DNA of 64,000 nucleotides from Haplodiscus bocki (Eukaryota). Position 1 is the stretch's first letter; every line of letters begins with the position of its first letter. The notes under the pieces are model-generated. The model had not been told where the DNA came from. It saw nothing but the letters and a program-made list of their open reading frames with translations, and ran no database searches. Shown in pieces: positions 41,801-52,900 of this stretch. A program made the position numbers and the translations under genes. The DNA is taken from positions 83,762,001 to 83,826,000 of the forward strand of contig OZ296652.1 of NCBI GenBank assembly GCA_965655095.1, written 5' to 3'.

Positions 41801-44800
41801 GTAAAAGTTTCGACTTGTCAAACTTTGAAGTGGTTAATATTAGTAAACAAGACCTCGGAATTTTTCTAGTCGGCACATACAGGCTTTCAGTTATCAAAAC
41901 TGACACATGCGCTGAATCTCATTGTGAGAATTTAGGTTCAGATTATGAAAGTTGTGTACTTTTATTTGACTGAAATTAGGCAACTGTCTTTCTGATATTT
42001 CAATTAAGTTATACACCCATATGCACCTACCAAAGGACCAGAAACAATTTTTTGTGAAGCTCCCACCCCTAGCATATTCCGAGCCTTGCGGGCAGCGGAG
42101 ATTAACCAAATTTAATCGTACTTGACAATAACTAAACCTCGTCATCTGTTGAGGTTTAGGTCTTAGACCATTTCTGGGTTTTTTAAATGGTGGGGTTTCT
42201 GGACGAGAAGTGATAATGACGAGGAACCTCATTGCATCATAGTGATTGATGTTCAATACAGTAGGGTTTTAAAAGAATGGAGCTCCTATGCATAAATTGA
42301 CCAACTTAAGACATCATTATCTCTGAAACTATTTGAAATCGTTACTTTTGGTAGGAAGAAAAGTTTCTTAGATTTTTATCTAGTTTACATTCGTTTTTGT
42401 TCCAAAATTTTACGACCAATACAGCAAAAGTTAGAAATGGTCATTTTTGGACAAAATTAATAAAATTTCGTGTATTTTTGATCTTTAAAGCCCTCAATGA
42501 AATTTTTTTTCGACACAATTTGTACGTAAATGTTCACCTAAAGGTTGTGAAACCATTAATATCTTTCGTTTTCAAAAATTTTTCAATTTGCGCATAAAAT
42601 GGCTGTGTTTATACAACGAACTTTTTGGTTACATGTTTTAAGATAGGTTTTACGATTTGTATTTCGAAAATTTGCGAATTCTATTTATATTCAAAGTATT
42701 TCGGCAATCAAAATATATCACAGGATTCTAGAAATTCCGGGGAATTTTTATGGTACATAATTTTTCGAAAAAGTTTTTTCAAACTTGGTCAAACTTCAAA
42801 AAAACGACAGAGATAACCAAAATTGGCAAATATTAACCAATGAGATTGCGAATTGAGAGCAAATGAGATCCTATTGGCTGAGAAGCGTCAGCGAACGCTC
42901 TTTAGCTCCATTCCTTTAAAACACCACTGTACTTCGTTATTTTGTTCAGCATGATCATGGTCTCATTCAGTATAATTGCAACAGTTGTGGTTCTGAATTT
43001 CCATCACAAGCCACCTCTCTCGACAGTGATGCCAAAGTGGGCCTACAGGTTTTTCGTGAAAACTCTCCCAAAGTGGCTTGCAATTGGTTCTCATCCTCAC
43101 TTGCCCCATTCAACTTCTGCTTCTGAACGGCTTGCTAGTGCTGCCAAGAAAAATGACCTTGTTATCTCCAATTTCGTGCATTTACGTGACACGCGAAGTT
43201 TTTGTTACGGTGAGTCCGTTACCCCAAAAGTTTTGGCTGTCGTCCAAGTTATAAACATGGTCGCCTCGCCTTTTATTGAATCCAGTCATTCATCGTTTTA
43301 TTGTGCATCTATACTTCATGAATCATTGCGAGAAGGAAGTTCGAGTAATGTGAAGTGAAATTGAGGTTCATGATAAAACGATGAAATAGGCGAGTTACTT
43401 GAATCATGTTTGCCATGGTTTTTTCCTGGGTCTTTTCCGCATCTTCACCCCTCGAATTGCGGTGAGTTGAGTCATAGCTTTCTGAATTAACAATTTGAAT
43501 GAGTTATTTCTACTTTACAATGGTGTGAGTCACTCATGAGAATTACTATAACCAATTTGACCTTTTTGGCATAACTCATAGCACAAAAAATAATCGGGAA
43601 TAGTATAAAAGTCAGTTTTAGGCCTTAAGCTTATAAACTTAATGCCTATAGATATTATTTTATCCCTTTTTTTCTTCGCCCTCTTTTCACTCATTTTCGC
43701 AAGTCAATTCGAAACTGCCCTGCTGAGCGATGAAGTGAAATAAGCAGAAAAAAATTAAATCGCTTGACTTTATGGCTTTTTACATCACGATTCACTCTTT
43801 GTTTTCAAGTACTTGTTGTAATTGATTCAAGTTTTCTCAACTTAGTCATTTTAATTAGCATCCTATTTTCCGCTCTTTTTATTATTAGCAGTCAATTTTT
43901 TGATAGTTTCGCTCAATTAGGTAGTTTTACTATGCTGAGTTCTAGGATCCTTGATGCGTATGTTTTGCCAATGTAAATATTTTGGGGGAAATATTCGTTT
44001 CGCAGAAAAAGGGAAGATTCTGAAAAGACCCTCTTTTTTCTTCTTAAGTTTCTTTAGCTTTTTCACAATGAAATGCATAAGTCAATTTAGAAGACTACTT
44101 GGGAAAATGTCACCGCATTCCGAATATTTTAATTTTTGACAATTCACTAAAAACGTATACTGAGTGTGGGCTGTGATTTTGAAGAAAAGCTACTTTGGTC
44201 GGGTTTTTCAGCGCCGACTGAAAACTGGAGTAAACCCTTCCTGTTAAATGAAATTTCCTTCACAAAATATTCATCACCTGTTGGCTTCACTTACCTATTT
44301 TTTCGCGGTGGCGTTAAGTTGAAAAGGGATTGCTAGGAGCTGCATTTGTCTGATTATGCTAAAATTGGAACAAATTAGCTACAGCAAGACTTATATGTTT
44401 TCAAGATTACAATAGCTATTGTTAGACAAAAATCGTTTGAGTCTTCTGAAGTTTGATTCGAAATAATCTTCAGATTAATGGTTCAATAGAAATTCACATG
44501 TTTTAACAAACGTGCATTCAATTCAATTGATATCACTATTTCAAAACCCCAAAATGCTTATCTTATTTTTGTCAAACGAAATTTTATTCTTCAGAAAATG
44601 CTAATTTATGCTGAAATTTCTCTCACTTCTGCAAAATATGAGAAGCTGAGCTCCAAAAGTCTCCATTTTAGCTTAAGCGACGCTTTTTGAAGAAATTGTG
44701 GAACGTGCCATAAATATAATACATCATCGTTGGAATAAGGTTTCACACAGAAGCTGATAAAATAGTTTAACCATAATTATATCTCTGTTGCGGATTGAAC

Positions 44801-45715
44801 AATCAACGTAATTTTAGTCCCAACAGGCACAAGCGCTACCCATCTGCTGAGTTGTTGTGAAAAGCTGATGAATGAAAACGTGTTTCAAAATGATTACCCG
44901 AACCCAGCTGATGAATCAATGTTGCAGCAAATGTTGCATGAGCTTCAAATTCAGCCATCCGATCTGAGAGAAGGTGCCGATGCTGTGACCTATATAAGTG
45001 CTCGCTACATAAAGAATGATCTGTACAAAAAGGTTGGACTTCTTGCTCATTCGAACTTTCCAAAATTGCTGTTTACTTAAAAGTCAGCTTGAAAAAGTCT
45101 TGAGGTGGCTCATAAAAAACGAACAGTTATACAACGTTGCTCACATAATTTAGCTATGCTAACACTATGGCAATCATGCTCATATGGTCTTTTGGTACCT
45201 ATTGTTAAAAAAGAGTCTCCAATATTTTTTGTAAAATAATAATGATAAAATTCAAAATTGAACAATGCTTGATTATAAAACGTGGCCAAATGCAATCCGG
45301 CAATGGGAGGAGACGGCAACATAATCATAACTTCTTCGTCTATGCATAACAAAATGCCTCTTCATAGCAAAAGAACATTGTTCCTGGCTCAAGGGTGCTT
45401 TTTTCATTAAAACAGCAAGGAAAATAGAATGCGACACGGTTTTTGTTGGTCATGATTTTGACGTTGCAATTTCGAGGTTTTTATTTCTCAAGTAAGTATT
45501 AATTTGTGGCAATTTTTGTTCAGATTAGAGACGAGTGGCATTTATTGGCAAAAGTGGTAGATCGGATTCTGTTGGTGATTTATACCAGTGTTATTGTGGT
45601 TGGGTCTCTGCTCATCTTCTTCCAAGTTCCAAGCTTGCGATCTGATTCTCTCAACTACATGCAAAACTCCTTTTCGTCTGTCCCTCAAAAAGTCAAATCT
45701 ACCTTTACCTCCTGA
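5789..45715 (+). CDS. Cys-loop ligand-gated cation channel, nicotinic acetylcholine receptor-like non-alpha subunit; join(5789..5852,34322..34613,34811..34997,35068..35441,42950..43209,44818..45032,45524..45715), 527 aa
   Basis: Manual splicing: all introns GT-AG, phases (1,2,0,2,1,0) match, total 1584 nt. Motifs: EERLYHHLF..RPV, WNPDIVLLNN, Cys-loop CLMDVLYFPYDVQKC, M1 YYTINFVVP..FYLP, NEK-M2, PPTS, M3, MPKW, MA helix, EW..AKVVDR-M4. No vicinal CC in loop C. Exon 1 link is inferred. Confidence 0.9.
7150..9490 (+). mobile_element. HINE/DINE-1-like non-autonomous Helentron with a degenerate ~175-bp internal tandem array
   Basis: Motif GGCTTGA(A)TT..GGTCTCAATCG..TCAAACTCAT recurs near 7320, 7480, 7655, 7830, 8010, 8190, 8620, 9160, 9340; ends in hairpin CGCAGT-GCG-ACTGCG then CTTGTT (9465-9488). 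5' boundary uncertain. Confidence 0.6.
10720..10951 (+). repeat. Truncated copy of the ~175-bp-array HINE-like family
   Basis: TTCAAACTCA..ACCGGCTTGATTT..TCTCAATCG, then CAGTGCCGCTGCGCATCTTGTT end motif. Confidence 0.55.
12220..13247 (+). repeat. Copy of the ~175-bp-array HINE-like family
   Basis: Units near 12330, 12505, 12690, 12850; end motif CAGTAGACAAAAAGTATCGCAGAGCCGC..TCTTGTT. Confidence 0.55.
14194..15029 (-). mobile_element. Solo-LTR-like unit (836 bp) containing a gag-N-terminus-like reading frame (14599..14194, one internal stop)
   Basis: TGTG...CACA termini; frame MATLRNKRELAAVSSETPE...YIS*VSEEIEGRV...LPKLDEFLL...EETHH runs to the terminal CACA; no TSD found. Confidence 0.6.
15030..15454 (-). 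repeat. Second LTR-like/promoter-bearing repeat next to the solo LTR
   Basis: TGTTCCGTATG start on -; CRE palindrome GTGACGTCAC (15405-15414) between two CCAAT boxes; TAGCACTG/CAGTGCTA hairpin at 15291-15313. Confidence 0.4.
19530..21950 (+). mobile_element. Heavily decayed Ty1/Copia-like remnant
   Basis: Scattered motifs in Copia order: ESAESTVNYLTR (gag), knuckle-like relics ~20000-20100, ALIDTG (20165), ETART (21130), RNxLDP-like (21455), NFIGI (21900). No LTRs found. Confidence 0.4.
25480..26480 (+). mobile_element. Decayed non-LTR (LINE) RT remnant
   Basis: DPIILANRF, SGHFP, PVLSR..KRLL and GVPQGSVLGP/ADD-like relics across frames. Confidence 0.3.
26730..26852 (-). repeat. 3' LTR of the Gypsy element
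   Basis: TG...CA termini on -, preceded by a polypurine tract (26853-26860). Confidence 0.82.
28750..29205 (-). pseudogene. Gypsy reverse transcriptase fragment
   Basis: RT motifs recognisable; catalytic YLDD reads YLAD; flanked by frameshifts. Confidence 0.85.
29984..30390. repeat. ~68-bp tandem repeat (5-6 units) inside the hAT, downstream of the transposase
   Basis: Units start AAATAAGCATG(T)ACAT(C/G)AAAAA at ~30052, 30120, 30187, 30255; degenerate units at 29984 and 30322. Confidence 0.9.
30489..32174 (-). CDS. hAT transposase, 561 aa from the ATG at 32174
   Basis: BED finger (CIKC..GTSGLSKHADSC), catalytic TFDKWTS and VTDCGAD, CxxH (CLAH), TRWNS, C-terminal PASVDPERLFS carrying the catalytic E; no stops or introns. 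Confidence 0.95.
   Translation of the reverse strand: MSSSTSVQSISDEITVIENPKLPVVEYRVNKKTSSNVCKLFLLEFKDDVQTEWRKCIKCDALVKAPNFGTSGLSKHADSCAKSNKRKAPTNQPKIGFKKCPKLNLPKGMDTVSKLVYKDNIPITAVAKSEALQSMFRELGFGSVTYHSMNKALDEKYHCIVSKLKSIIESRNKEQLLTITFDKWTSQDGKKFIGVYLYVDLHDICLGLIPYKHFCGAEEIATYLRKQLALFGLTPSDITISVTDCGADVQAVSELFGWYSFPCLAHVVNLCVKRIICANPESDLIFDENDEDDEDQDQEREVAVGQFRHVIEIVRNLCKKVHSSTKNAEALEKAQLEFLNSQNDEQTDGEVVRKSPLKIICSNATRWNSVFDMLVRFRDLKRYMQIMFENDLRNYDWAALDNIIELLLPFKECTMRLQAKDASVHTAKNIILYLQARVRNLSIDAQLVLDKWLNRNDIVEALLKKRGSFFDKVKEKFIYEENAQNDHGYNLGTEITLADFERRICADDFRVEAYMITFKPASVDPERLFSLCRYSKNYLQCRMTAAHHARNVFLKKNEKIL
32341..32483. repeat. hAT subterminal (GGTATT)n clusters; matching clusters at 29884-29980
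   Basis: Blocks of 1, 2, 3, 4, 1 and 4 hexamers separated by short spacers. Confidence 0.9.
33205..33327 (-). repeat. 5' LTR of the Gypsy element
   Basis: Ungapped manual alignment to 26730..26852: 94/123 identical; ends ..CACA on -, followed by a gag-like reading frame. Confidence 0.8.
34322..34613 (+). CDS. nAChR-like exon 2 (N-terminal helix, loop D, loop A)
   Basis: tttaacAG acceptor; LTNEERLYHHLFNEQDYSKWTRPV...VWPTHSW...LKWKP...WNPDIVLLN; GTGAGT donor at 34614. Confidence 0.92.
34811..34997 (+). CDS. nAChR-like exon 3 (loop E, Cys-loop, loop B); not in the ORF track
   Basis: cttttAG acceptor; IDGKFEVSYECNLLLSWDGRIQWMPPSIYHSSCLMDVLYFPYDVQKCPMKFVSVTYDESQLD; GTTAGT donor at 34998. Confidence 0.93.
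35068..35441 (+). CDS. nAChR-like exon 4 (loops F/C, M1, M2, start of M3)
   Basis: gttcAG acceptor; AEWQ...RRLSLYYTINFVVP...[55 protein letters not shown] donor at 35442. Confidence 0.93.
36740..37420. repeat. Degenerate ~186-bp tandem array (at least 4 units, weaker units to ~38500)
   Basis: CTCCAAAT..CCTGAATTTT..ACAG..GAGAC..TTTTG.TTG..G.CCGACA recurs near 36745, 36930, 37115, 37300. Confidence 0.65.
38700..39290 (+). repeat. Copy of the ~175-bp-array family in nAChR intron 4
   Basis: CTTGAATTCTTCCATCAAGGGCTCAATCG at ~38738; GGCTTGAATTCTTCGACAAGGTCTCAATG at ~39185. Confidence 0.55.
41120..41765 (+). repeat. Tandem pair of a ~240-280-bp interspersed repeat; third copy at ~56585..56847
   Basis: CAGTCCAAAACTTACATTT..TTAGTCTAGTC..AAACGGTCAAAA..TGGCAGGTA..TTCTAAAAGGTAATGTTTCA in both copies; homologous blocks at 56.6-56.8 kb. 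Confidence 0.85.
42950..43209 (+). CDS. nAChR-like exon 5 (rest of M3, MX, intracellular loop)
   Basis: ttttgttcAG acceptor; MIMVSFSIIATVVVLNFHHKP...MPKWAYRFFVKTLPKWL; GTGAGT donor at 43210. Confidence 0.88.
44818..45032 (+). CDS. nAChR-like exon 6 (intracellular loop, MA helix)
   Basis: In-phase acceptor AG at 44817 (alternative at 44826); LREGADAVTYISARYIKNDLYKK resembles the MA helix; GT donor at 45033. Confidence 0.78.
45524..45715 (+). CDS. nAChR-like exon 7 (M4, C-terminus)
   Basis: tttttgttcAG acceptor; IRDEWHLLAKVVDRILLVIYTSVIVVGSLLIFFQVP; TGA stop. Confidence 0.9.
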   Translation: MRDEWHLLAKVVDRILLVIYTSVIVVGSLLIFFQVPSLRSDSLNYMQNSFSSVPQKVKSTFTS

Positions 45716-46231
45716 ATCTTTCCTTATAAAACTGACAAAACATTCCTTTTCATGATAGTAATTTCTATGAATTGCTAATATATGCTTTCTACTGCTCACA
45801 AATTTGGAATTGCAAAGCTTGATAATTCACTCATTAACTCTCTGCTTTTTTAAATATCAACTGTTTGCTGCCGTAGGTTGACTTGGATCCACCAAAACAG
45901 AAGATCCATGTAACCGGAATTTGTGCCTACTGAACCTAGCAATGATTGGAACAGAATATGGTCCAAGTTGTCATACTGAAGCAGCTGCAAATAAGGAAAT
46001 CCATCTCATGTACAGCTGCTTAAAGACCAGGCTTGAGTCCTGGTTCGGTACATTGCTAGATCCATCGTAAGAGGTGATAGACATGTTTGTTTTCTTTGAC
46101 GTGAATCTTTATGTTCCGATGTCGAAATGAATTACACTTTCGAGTTGACCGGAGCAAGTCATTACGGCCGACGTCTCCTTTTTCCACTCGGTCAAAACTC
46201 GCTTTTTTGGAAATTCTGAAGTGTTCCAAGA

Positions 46232-46305
46232 TTTGATTGTGGTTCGAACCCACAATCTCTAACTCCGGAGGCGTTTGGCTGACTGGTTGTACCATCTAAT
46301 CCGGC
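46232..46305 (-). repeat. tRNA-derived SINE-like head (Pol III A/B boxes)
   Basis: TGGTACAACCAG (A-box-like) and GGTTCGAACC (B box); no full cloverleaf. A similar relic lies at 9620-9685 (+). Confidence 0.3.
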
Positions 46306-47759
46306 AGGCTTAATGACATTACTCGTATAAATGAATAAACAGTCGTGTTTCTTGCGTAATTGAAGAAAATTTTGGTTTACTTAAAATATAAACGTGCTTT
46401 ATCTAGTTGCTACCAATCGGATTTTGGCCGTTTTATGGTTTTGGTTTTACCATTTGTGAAAACTGACGAGCAGAAAATATTATTTAGTGACAGGGACTGT
46501 ATTTTTCATGATTTTTTGGTAAAAAATTACCAGTTGTTACTGGAAATTTAAAATGATTTTACTTGTGCTAATCGATGGTTAAAACTTTCTCAATGACTAT
46601 GGGTCATATGTGGTCCATCTAGCACTTTTCAGCTAGTCATGGTTGAGAAGTTCTGCGGAGTACCTTGGATTGTATATTCTGTTTATAATGCGTCAAAACT
46701 TTGATTTGAAAATGAAAAGTTACGTTTTTAGGACTATTAAAAACTTTTTTTGCGAAGTATTTGAAGTACTCTGTTCTATTTTTCTTAAGGCTATTTCGTT
46801 TACTTTGCGACCTCGTCCAAACTGAGGAATTTCGTGCGACTTTTGAAAATTTTCCAAAATGCAGCAGAGATGCGTGTGAGAACCAGGAGTGACCATGTGA
46901 GCCATCTTAGTAGCGGTCAGAACGCTCAAATCGAAGAAATTCCGAAACCCTTTCCGACTTGGGCGACTGTTTTTCATTGTTCGCTAGAACAGTTTTTCTC
47001 TTTGATCATTGGTTGTACTTGGTTCATCTAGCTCTGATTTAACTGAGTTATGTTGTAATTCGTTTGCGGAAAGTCTTGACTTTATTTTTTGAAATTGGAA
47101 AATCTTGTCTCTCGTTGTTATTAAAATCGTTTTTCTCATCGACCATTGTTTGCCTTGGGTACATCTACTGCTCATTCAACTACCTGGAGACTATAAGTTA
47201 TGCCATGTAGCTTGCATTGTTTGTGCTTTTCTGTGTTGCGCAGGGCCTTGAGTTGATTGTGAGAAATTGAAAACCTTTATTTTATCGTTGTTCGTTGAAA
47301 TAGTTGTTCTCGTTGGCTCTTGGGTGCATTGGTTACAATTAGCGCTCTACCAACTACTGGGAGCCTAGAGGTTGTGCCAAGAAACTTGGATGGTTCATGT
47401 TTTCCGAGAAGTATTGACTAGAAATTACTAATCGATGGCGTATTTTTTTTCGTTGTTTGTTGAAATCGAATTTCCTGTTGCTTTTTGGTGGGATTGGGTC
47501 GATCTAGCGCTAACAGTTGTTTTCACATGCGGTGCTCGTCACTCTTTATAAATGCAGTGACAAGCGGTTGCATTGCGTGCACTCTACTCATGTCCCTTTC
47601 GAATACTTTTTGGTTTTCCAAAGCTTCGAGTGAAACGACAATGACTTGATTTGAACGTTAAGTTTTTTGTTTTGATGAGGCTTCAAGTGAAACGAGGATG
47701 ACCTTGTGTCGACGCTTCTTTTTTTTGGCAGATTCAGTGACATTGACATTTTTTTTTGA

Positions 47760-48890
47760 AAATTCCCTTTATCCGAGCACCCATGGTACCTCCCGAGATA
47801 TTTCTTCTGAATCAATTCGAGTAGATTATGGGCTTAGGTTTTGCGGAAAAAATTCTCCGGCAATTTTTCGCCCTCGTGGTCTTTAACGTCGACACAGCGT
47901 GAAAAATCGGAAACTTTTACCAGTGAATTGGTTATTTTTGAACTCTGGTACCTGTGAGAAATGCCGTGCATCTCCCTAAACTATGTGAATGATGTCATAT
48001 GTTTGTCTACTTCTTCCGTGGTACCATCCGAAGTTGCAAAAAGTTTTACGACAACCGAAAATTTGTCCGAAACTTGAGGTTTTTTAGTCAGAAGAGTTTT
48101 CACAAACCTTCTCTGCATTGCCCACTTAGCTCCAATCCTGAGGCAATTTCGCGCCTATCTCTCAACGAAATTTTTTTTCAAGAGTCGAAGTTACATATCT
48201 GCTCAAACTTCGATCAGATGAAACTTTGCGAAAATCATCAATTTGAGCCGAAGGTACTCGAATTTAACATTTTTGGATTGCATCTATTTTTTATGCCAGT
48301 ATTAATCACCTGCTGGACCATAGGGGCCCCAATGGTGTAGTGAAGTAAGTTGGCAGAAAGCTGCTTGTTTTCGCACATCATGATATGGCCGAAAAACTTT
48401 CCTAAAGCGGAAACTGTTGAAAAAAGGTTTTACCACATTATGTTCATACCACGTGAAGCTGACGTTTTTCAATCACCATATTGTCGCTAAATTTTACGTC
48501 AGGTTTTTTTTCGGACCCTTTCAAACGCCTACAGTTTGCAGCTGCAACAATTTTTTCTTGTGTGTTTCTCCGAGAAAGAAAGGCTGCAGTTGTTCATTCG
48601 CAACCCGCAGTTGTTCCTATTTGAGGATGTAAGTTTTTGCAGCTACAGAACTGGCCTTTTCTTGTGCATCATTTGGATTGCTGAGGCTTCTTTGGGGTTT
48701 TTTATTTCGAGGCCTGTGGGTAACTCGAGTAGCGCCTTTTTTTCTTTCAAATTTCGTGACCGATTAAATTTCTTTCGGCCCATATCTTCGAACCCATGGT
48801 ACCTAATGGATTTTTTCCGATTCAACCCTAGAACACTCTGCGCTTGATTTCAGCCCGAAAAGTTCTCTGAAAATTTTTCGCCTTCGTGTC
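47760..48890 (+). repeat. Diverged repeat pair (~47760-47880 and ~48765-48890)
   Basis: ACCCATGGTACCT...AATTTTTCGCC(C/T)TCGTG shared. Confidence 0.6.
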
Positions 48891-49049
48891 AGCGAAAATT
48901 TTACAAACCTTGTCTTCGTAGCCGGCGTAGCTCCAAGCATACGGCAACACTGCTACCATCTAAAAACAAAGTGTTTTCAGGGTCGAACTTCTGTTTAAGC
49001 TGATTTTATGAATAGTTGAAAGTTTCTATAGAAACGTTCATTGCTGCCG

Positions 49050-49900
49050 AAAGTCGTCTAAATTCAAGCTTTCTTTCAAAGATGTACGTTTTTCTTGCCA
49101 ATTTCAATGATCAGCTTTCTCATAGAGTAGAAAAGATAGCAGCGAAGCATGCTGAAAACAAATTACAAACCTCTGAGTTGCTTCAACGCGGGCGAAATTT
49201 TTCTGGGCCGCAGAAACCTAAACAAAAATAGTTTTCCTCATGGGTTTTTTTTTAGTTTTTAAGGTAATGAAGACATGTTCCAAATGTCGGCTCGTTGGAT
49301 GATAAGTCCGATCCTTTTGCAGACTCATTTTTATCGTTTGAGGTTGCTTTTGAAGCCCTTCGCCTTCTGCGTGTCTTCTTCAAACATGAATCTGTTCAAA
49401 ATTGTTTTGCACTGATGGAAATTTTTTTTCCACGGTTAGAACTTTTTGCAGCTGGTGTTCCGTTTAGAACGCTGCCAGTTTTCGGGGGATTTTTCTCGAA
49501 ACCCAAATGCAACGCTTTTTGAGCCTATGTTTTTGTACTGTTCGTGACAGAAATCTTAGTTTGTAACTGAGAAATCGAATTTGTCTTCTTTCGCTTCGAT
49601 CGCTGATAATGTTGTTCCTGACGGTCAATTGTTTGATTGCCACATCGAAAGCTTTTGTGACTTCGTTCGGCCGGCTTGGAAGTTTTGGGATGTAGCAGAG
49701 GCAGTTGTTATTGCACTTTAACTGCTTGGTCTCAGAGTATTCGATTGAAAAGGTAAGAGTATTCATCTTGTGTTTTCAATGAAAGGCTTGTTTCTTGGTT
49801 ACTATTAAAGGGATTGCGCCTATCTAGCGTTCAATTGACTACCCACTGGTTCGGTGGAGTATTAGACATTGTCTGTTCTATATATTTGTTTGTCTAATGA
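49050..49900 (-). mobile_element. Decayed Gypsy RT remnant resembling the 26.7-33.3 kb element
   Basis: QAF..HK, IEYSET, VAFG, NGTPA and SNLKR relics in RT order. Confidence 0.4.
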
Positions 49901-52900
49901 GTTTCTCCAATAGTACATACACATTTATTCGCTGTTACAAAACGTGTCGTACAATTCGGCGATTTTATTTTACGCCGTTGTTATTGCGCCATTTTTCATT
50001 CCATCTTGTTCACTGGGAACGTAACTGCTTGGTCATTTTAGATCATAAAAAATCTGATTTTCCTGACGGGTGAGGGATTGTGTAGTGTAAAAATTGTGTG
50101 CGACCGAGAAGTGAATTCAAATCCAAGTTCAGTTGTTTTGTATTTTAATGTCTCCTATCTCTAGGAATTAGTTGCGCAAGTTTCTGCGTAGCGAAGTATC
50201 GCGTCTGTGTTGGACTTGCGGCCAGCATATGTTACGGAATGGCATCGTAAGTCGTTTTCCGATCCTTTCAAAGCTGGCGTTGGCTTTTCAGTTTTCACCA
50301 ACATGCTAGTGAAAATTCGGCGGAAAATTGGCTTCGCCTGCCTACTCAGCCTACTTTGCTATGCAAGCGTGGCAAAGGAAGCTTTGAATTTTTTCAACCA
50401 CTAGATAGTGAAATATGCAATGCGTCTAATTGGATTCTTCTGCTTTTGTCGGCCTGTTAATCGCTTGATGTGGATTTTTTTCAAATCTTTTTCAGTGCTC
50501 TTTTGAACATCCTCATTTTAGAGAACTGCGAAGCAAACTGGTTTTCCCGTATCATACTCTTCGCGCAAAATGTCTTGACTAGTTGTTTGAAATTCGAAAT
50601 TATTTTACTTGCGTCATCTTTCGAAATTGTTTTTTTTTCGAAGGCTACGTGTTGGGTTGCTACCATCTAGTGCTCTTTCAAAAACTCGACATATGGGGAA
50701 TTTGCCAAGAAGGAGGCAAATCACCTTCCGTACGTTTCATACTGTGCGCATGAATTGTTTTGACTTGTTTTGAATCAGAGATTCATGACAAGAATGACCA
50801 GAGTCGGTGTCGCCCGTTTGGCTCAAAATAATCATGGGATGGATTTGATTTTGATGTTTGAAAGAATTGCACTTTGGTGTACTTCCTGGTTTGAAATATA
50901 GGAATATAACACTTGAGCTGTGATTCGATTCAAATACCTTTCGGTTCAGTTGATTTTATAAAAGGGCATCAGTTGTCGATTCGTTCCAAAACTTTTCAAG
51001 AATAGGCACATATTTTTTAATTTCCGGTAAAAAATGTTTTTGCGGAAAAGTTTTGATGAATTCGTGTTTTCAGCCTTTCAGTAAACAGTCGATTTTCTAC
51101 GGAATCTCGGGCGTTGGCAAACCTCATTGGCGGAAGGTGGAAGTTCAAGTGGCTCTTTCTCAATGGAGCACCAGGTACTACATTGATTTTTTCGAAACCA
51201 TAGTCTTTGTTCTGGGAACAAACTCAGTATACCAATAGAGGTTTTCAGTAAACCCTCGAATTTTTTCTGTTTTGGTTATATAGCAAGGAAAAGCGTACCA
51301 AAAGAGATACTCAGTGACTCGATTATTCCCCTCTCTATTTTCCGCTAACATTCGGGAATTGGCAGAATTATTTTGCAGAAATCTGAGTGCCGGTTCTTCG
51401 AGAGGAAACATGGTGGGTACATTTTTTTTCCAGTCCATAGTTTCTGCTTCGGAAATTTCAGCTCATCAAAAAGGAAATTTTTAAGTCTCATTGTCCGCCG
51501 CTCAATTTTCGCCAATATTTCCTAATTGGTTTGCCTGATTGGTGAAATTTCGAGTGGAGGATATTGAAAGAGAAACCAAATATTACAATTGATCTTCCGA
51601 AACCATAGTTTTTGTTGTTGAAGAAAACTTAAGAATACCGAAAGAGAAGCTCAGTAATATCTCGATTTTCAGCCCATAGTAGAGAAGTTCAGTATAAACC
51701 CTCGAATTTCCGCCAATGGTGGTGCAGACTCTTTTTGCGAGTGCATTGGTAGCTTTTCGTCGGTAGGACTCAGTAAGTTTACGGCGTTGAAGTTTTTACC
51801 AATTGGGTTGATCCGAAGTGAGAAAAAGATCTTACAAAAAAATTAGTCACCGTTATGGTCGGCTTTTTTCAAAACGCCGACTGAAAAAAGTCATCTTTGC
51901 GGAAGCGGTATTGGGGGAAGTAGATTCTTCGAAGCCGCGTTGCTTGCTTGAAGGTACACGCCATGTGGCGGAAAAACATTTCTTGGCAAAAGTTTGTTTT
52001 GGCAGGTAAATGTTTTCTACAGAGGCAGGTTTTACAGTAGTGTTTTCGATGTGTTCTCAACAAAGTATCTTGAGGCGCTTGTATTTCGTAATTTTTTACT
52101 TGAATACATCTTGAAGATTCCACTCGGATTGAAACGATCTAGTGCTCATTCAAAAGTCGGCATTATGGAGAGTGCAGAGAAGCAGGGATATCCCTACCAT
52201 AGTTATACACTGAATTATGTTGACTTGTATTTTACATTTTGAAAGTTGCAACCGTCCAGCGCTCGTTCAAAATCCCACAATGTGGAGATTTTACGGACTG
52301 TGCAGTAACGGGGATATCCACTTTCTACATGTCATTGAACAATGTTTTGACGAGATGTTTGTAGTTTGATTTTTTTGTTGCATCATCTTTGGCATTTTTG
52401 CGAAGACAACGGCGTGATTGCGGCCAACCATTGCTTATTCTGAAGACCTAGTTTTGAAGCATCTGGTTAGTTGCAGAGATAGACTCATTTGCACATTCTG
52501 TTTAGAAGTTCCAACAATTTCGGGCTTTTTGGTAAATTTTTGCTCGACAACTCTCTGGTGGATTCCGGCCATCAGGCAATCATTCAAAGAAACCTTCACA
52601 TGAATAATCAGTGAAGCATTTTTATAGCCTTAGACTTTTTGACGGTTTTTCCTATCTTATTTGAAATTTGAAAGGTGTTCTTTTTCGGTTGTCTAATTGT
52701 TTTGTCGGCAACTAAGGATGGCTTCGCGGCCATCTAATGTCTAACTTGAATTCTGTTAATTAGTGTTTCTTTTGAACATGTGTTTTGTCCCATCCTTTTT
52801 CTTCAGTAAAATTATCTGTAACGAAGAGTCTGAAAATCAAATGAGCAGTTTGTCCGGGGGCAATTAGTCTGTGCCGTTTCTCACTTTCTTCTCAAACATA

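Noticed and set aside
43210-43358. ORF continuation after nAChR exon 5
   Set aside because: Strong GTGAGT donor at 43210; downstream exons supply MA and M4.
43460-43580. Cluster of TGAGTCA/TGAGTTA AP-1-like motifs
   Set aside because: Cannot be told apart from repeat-derived sequence without chromatin data.
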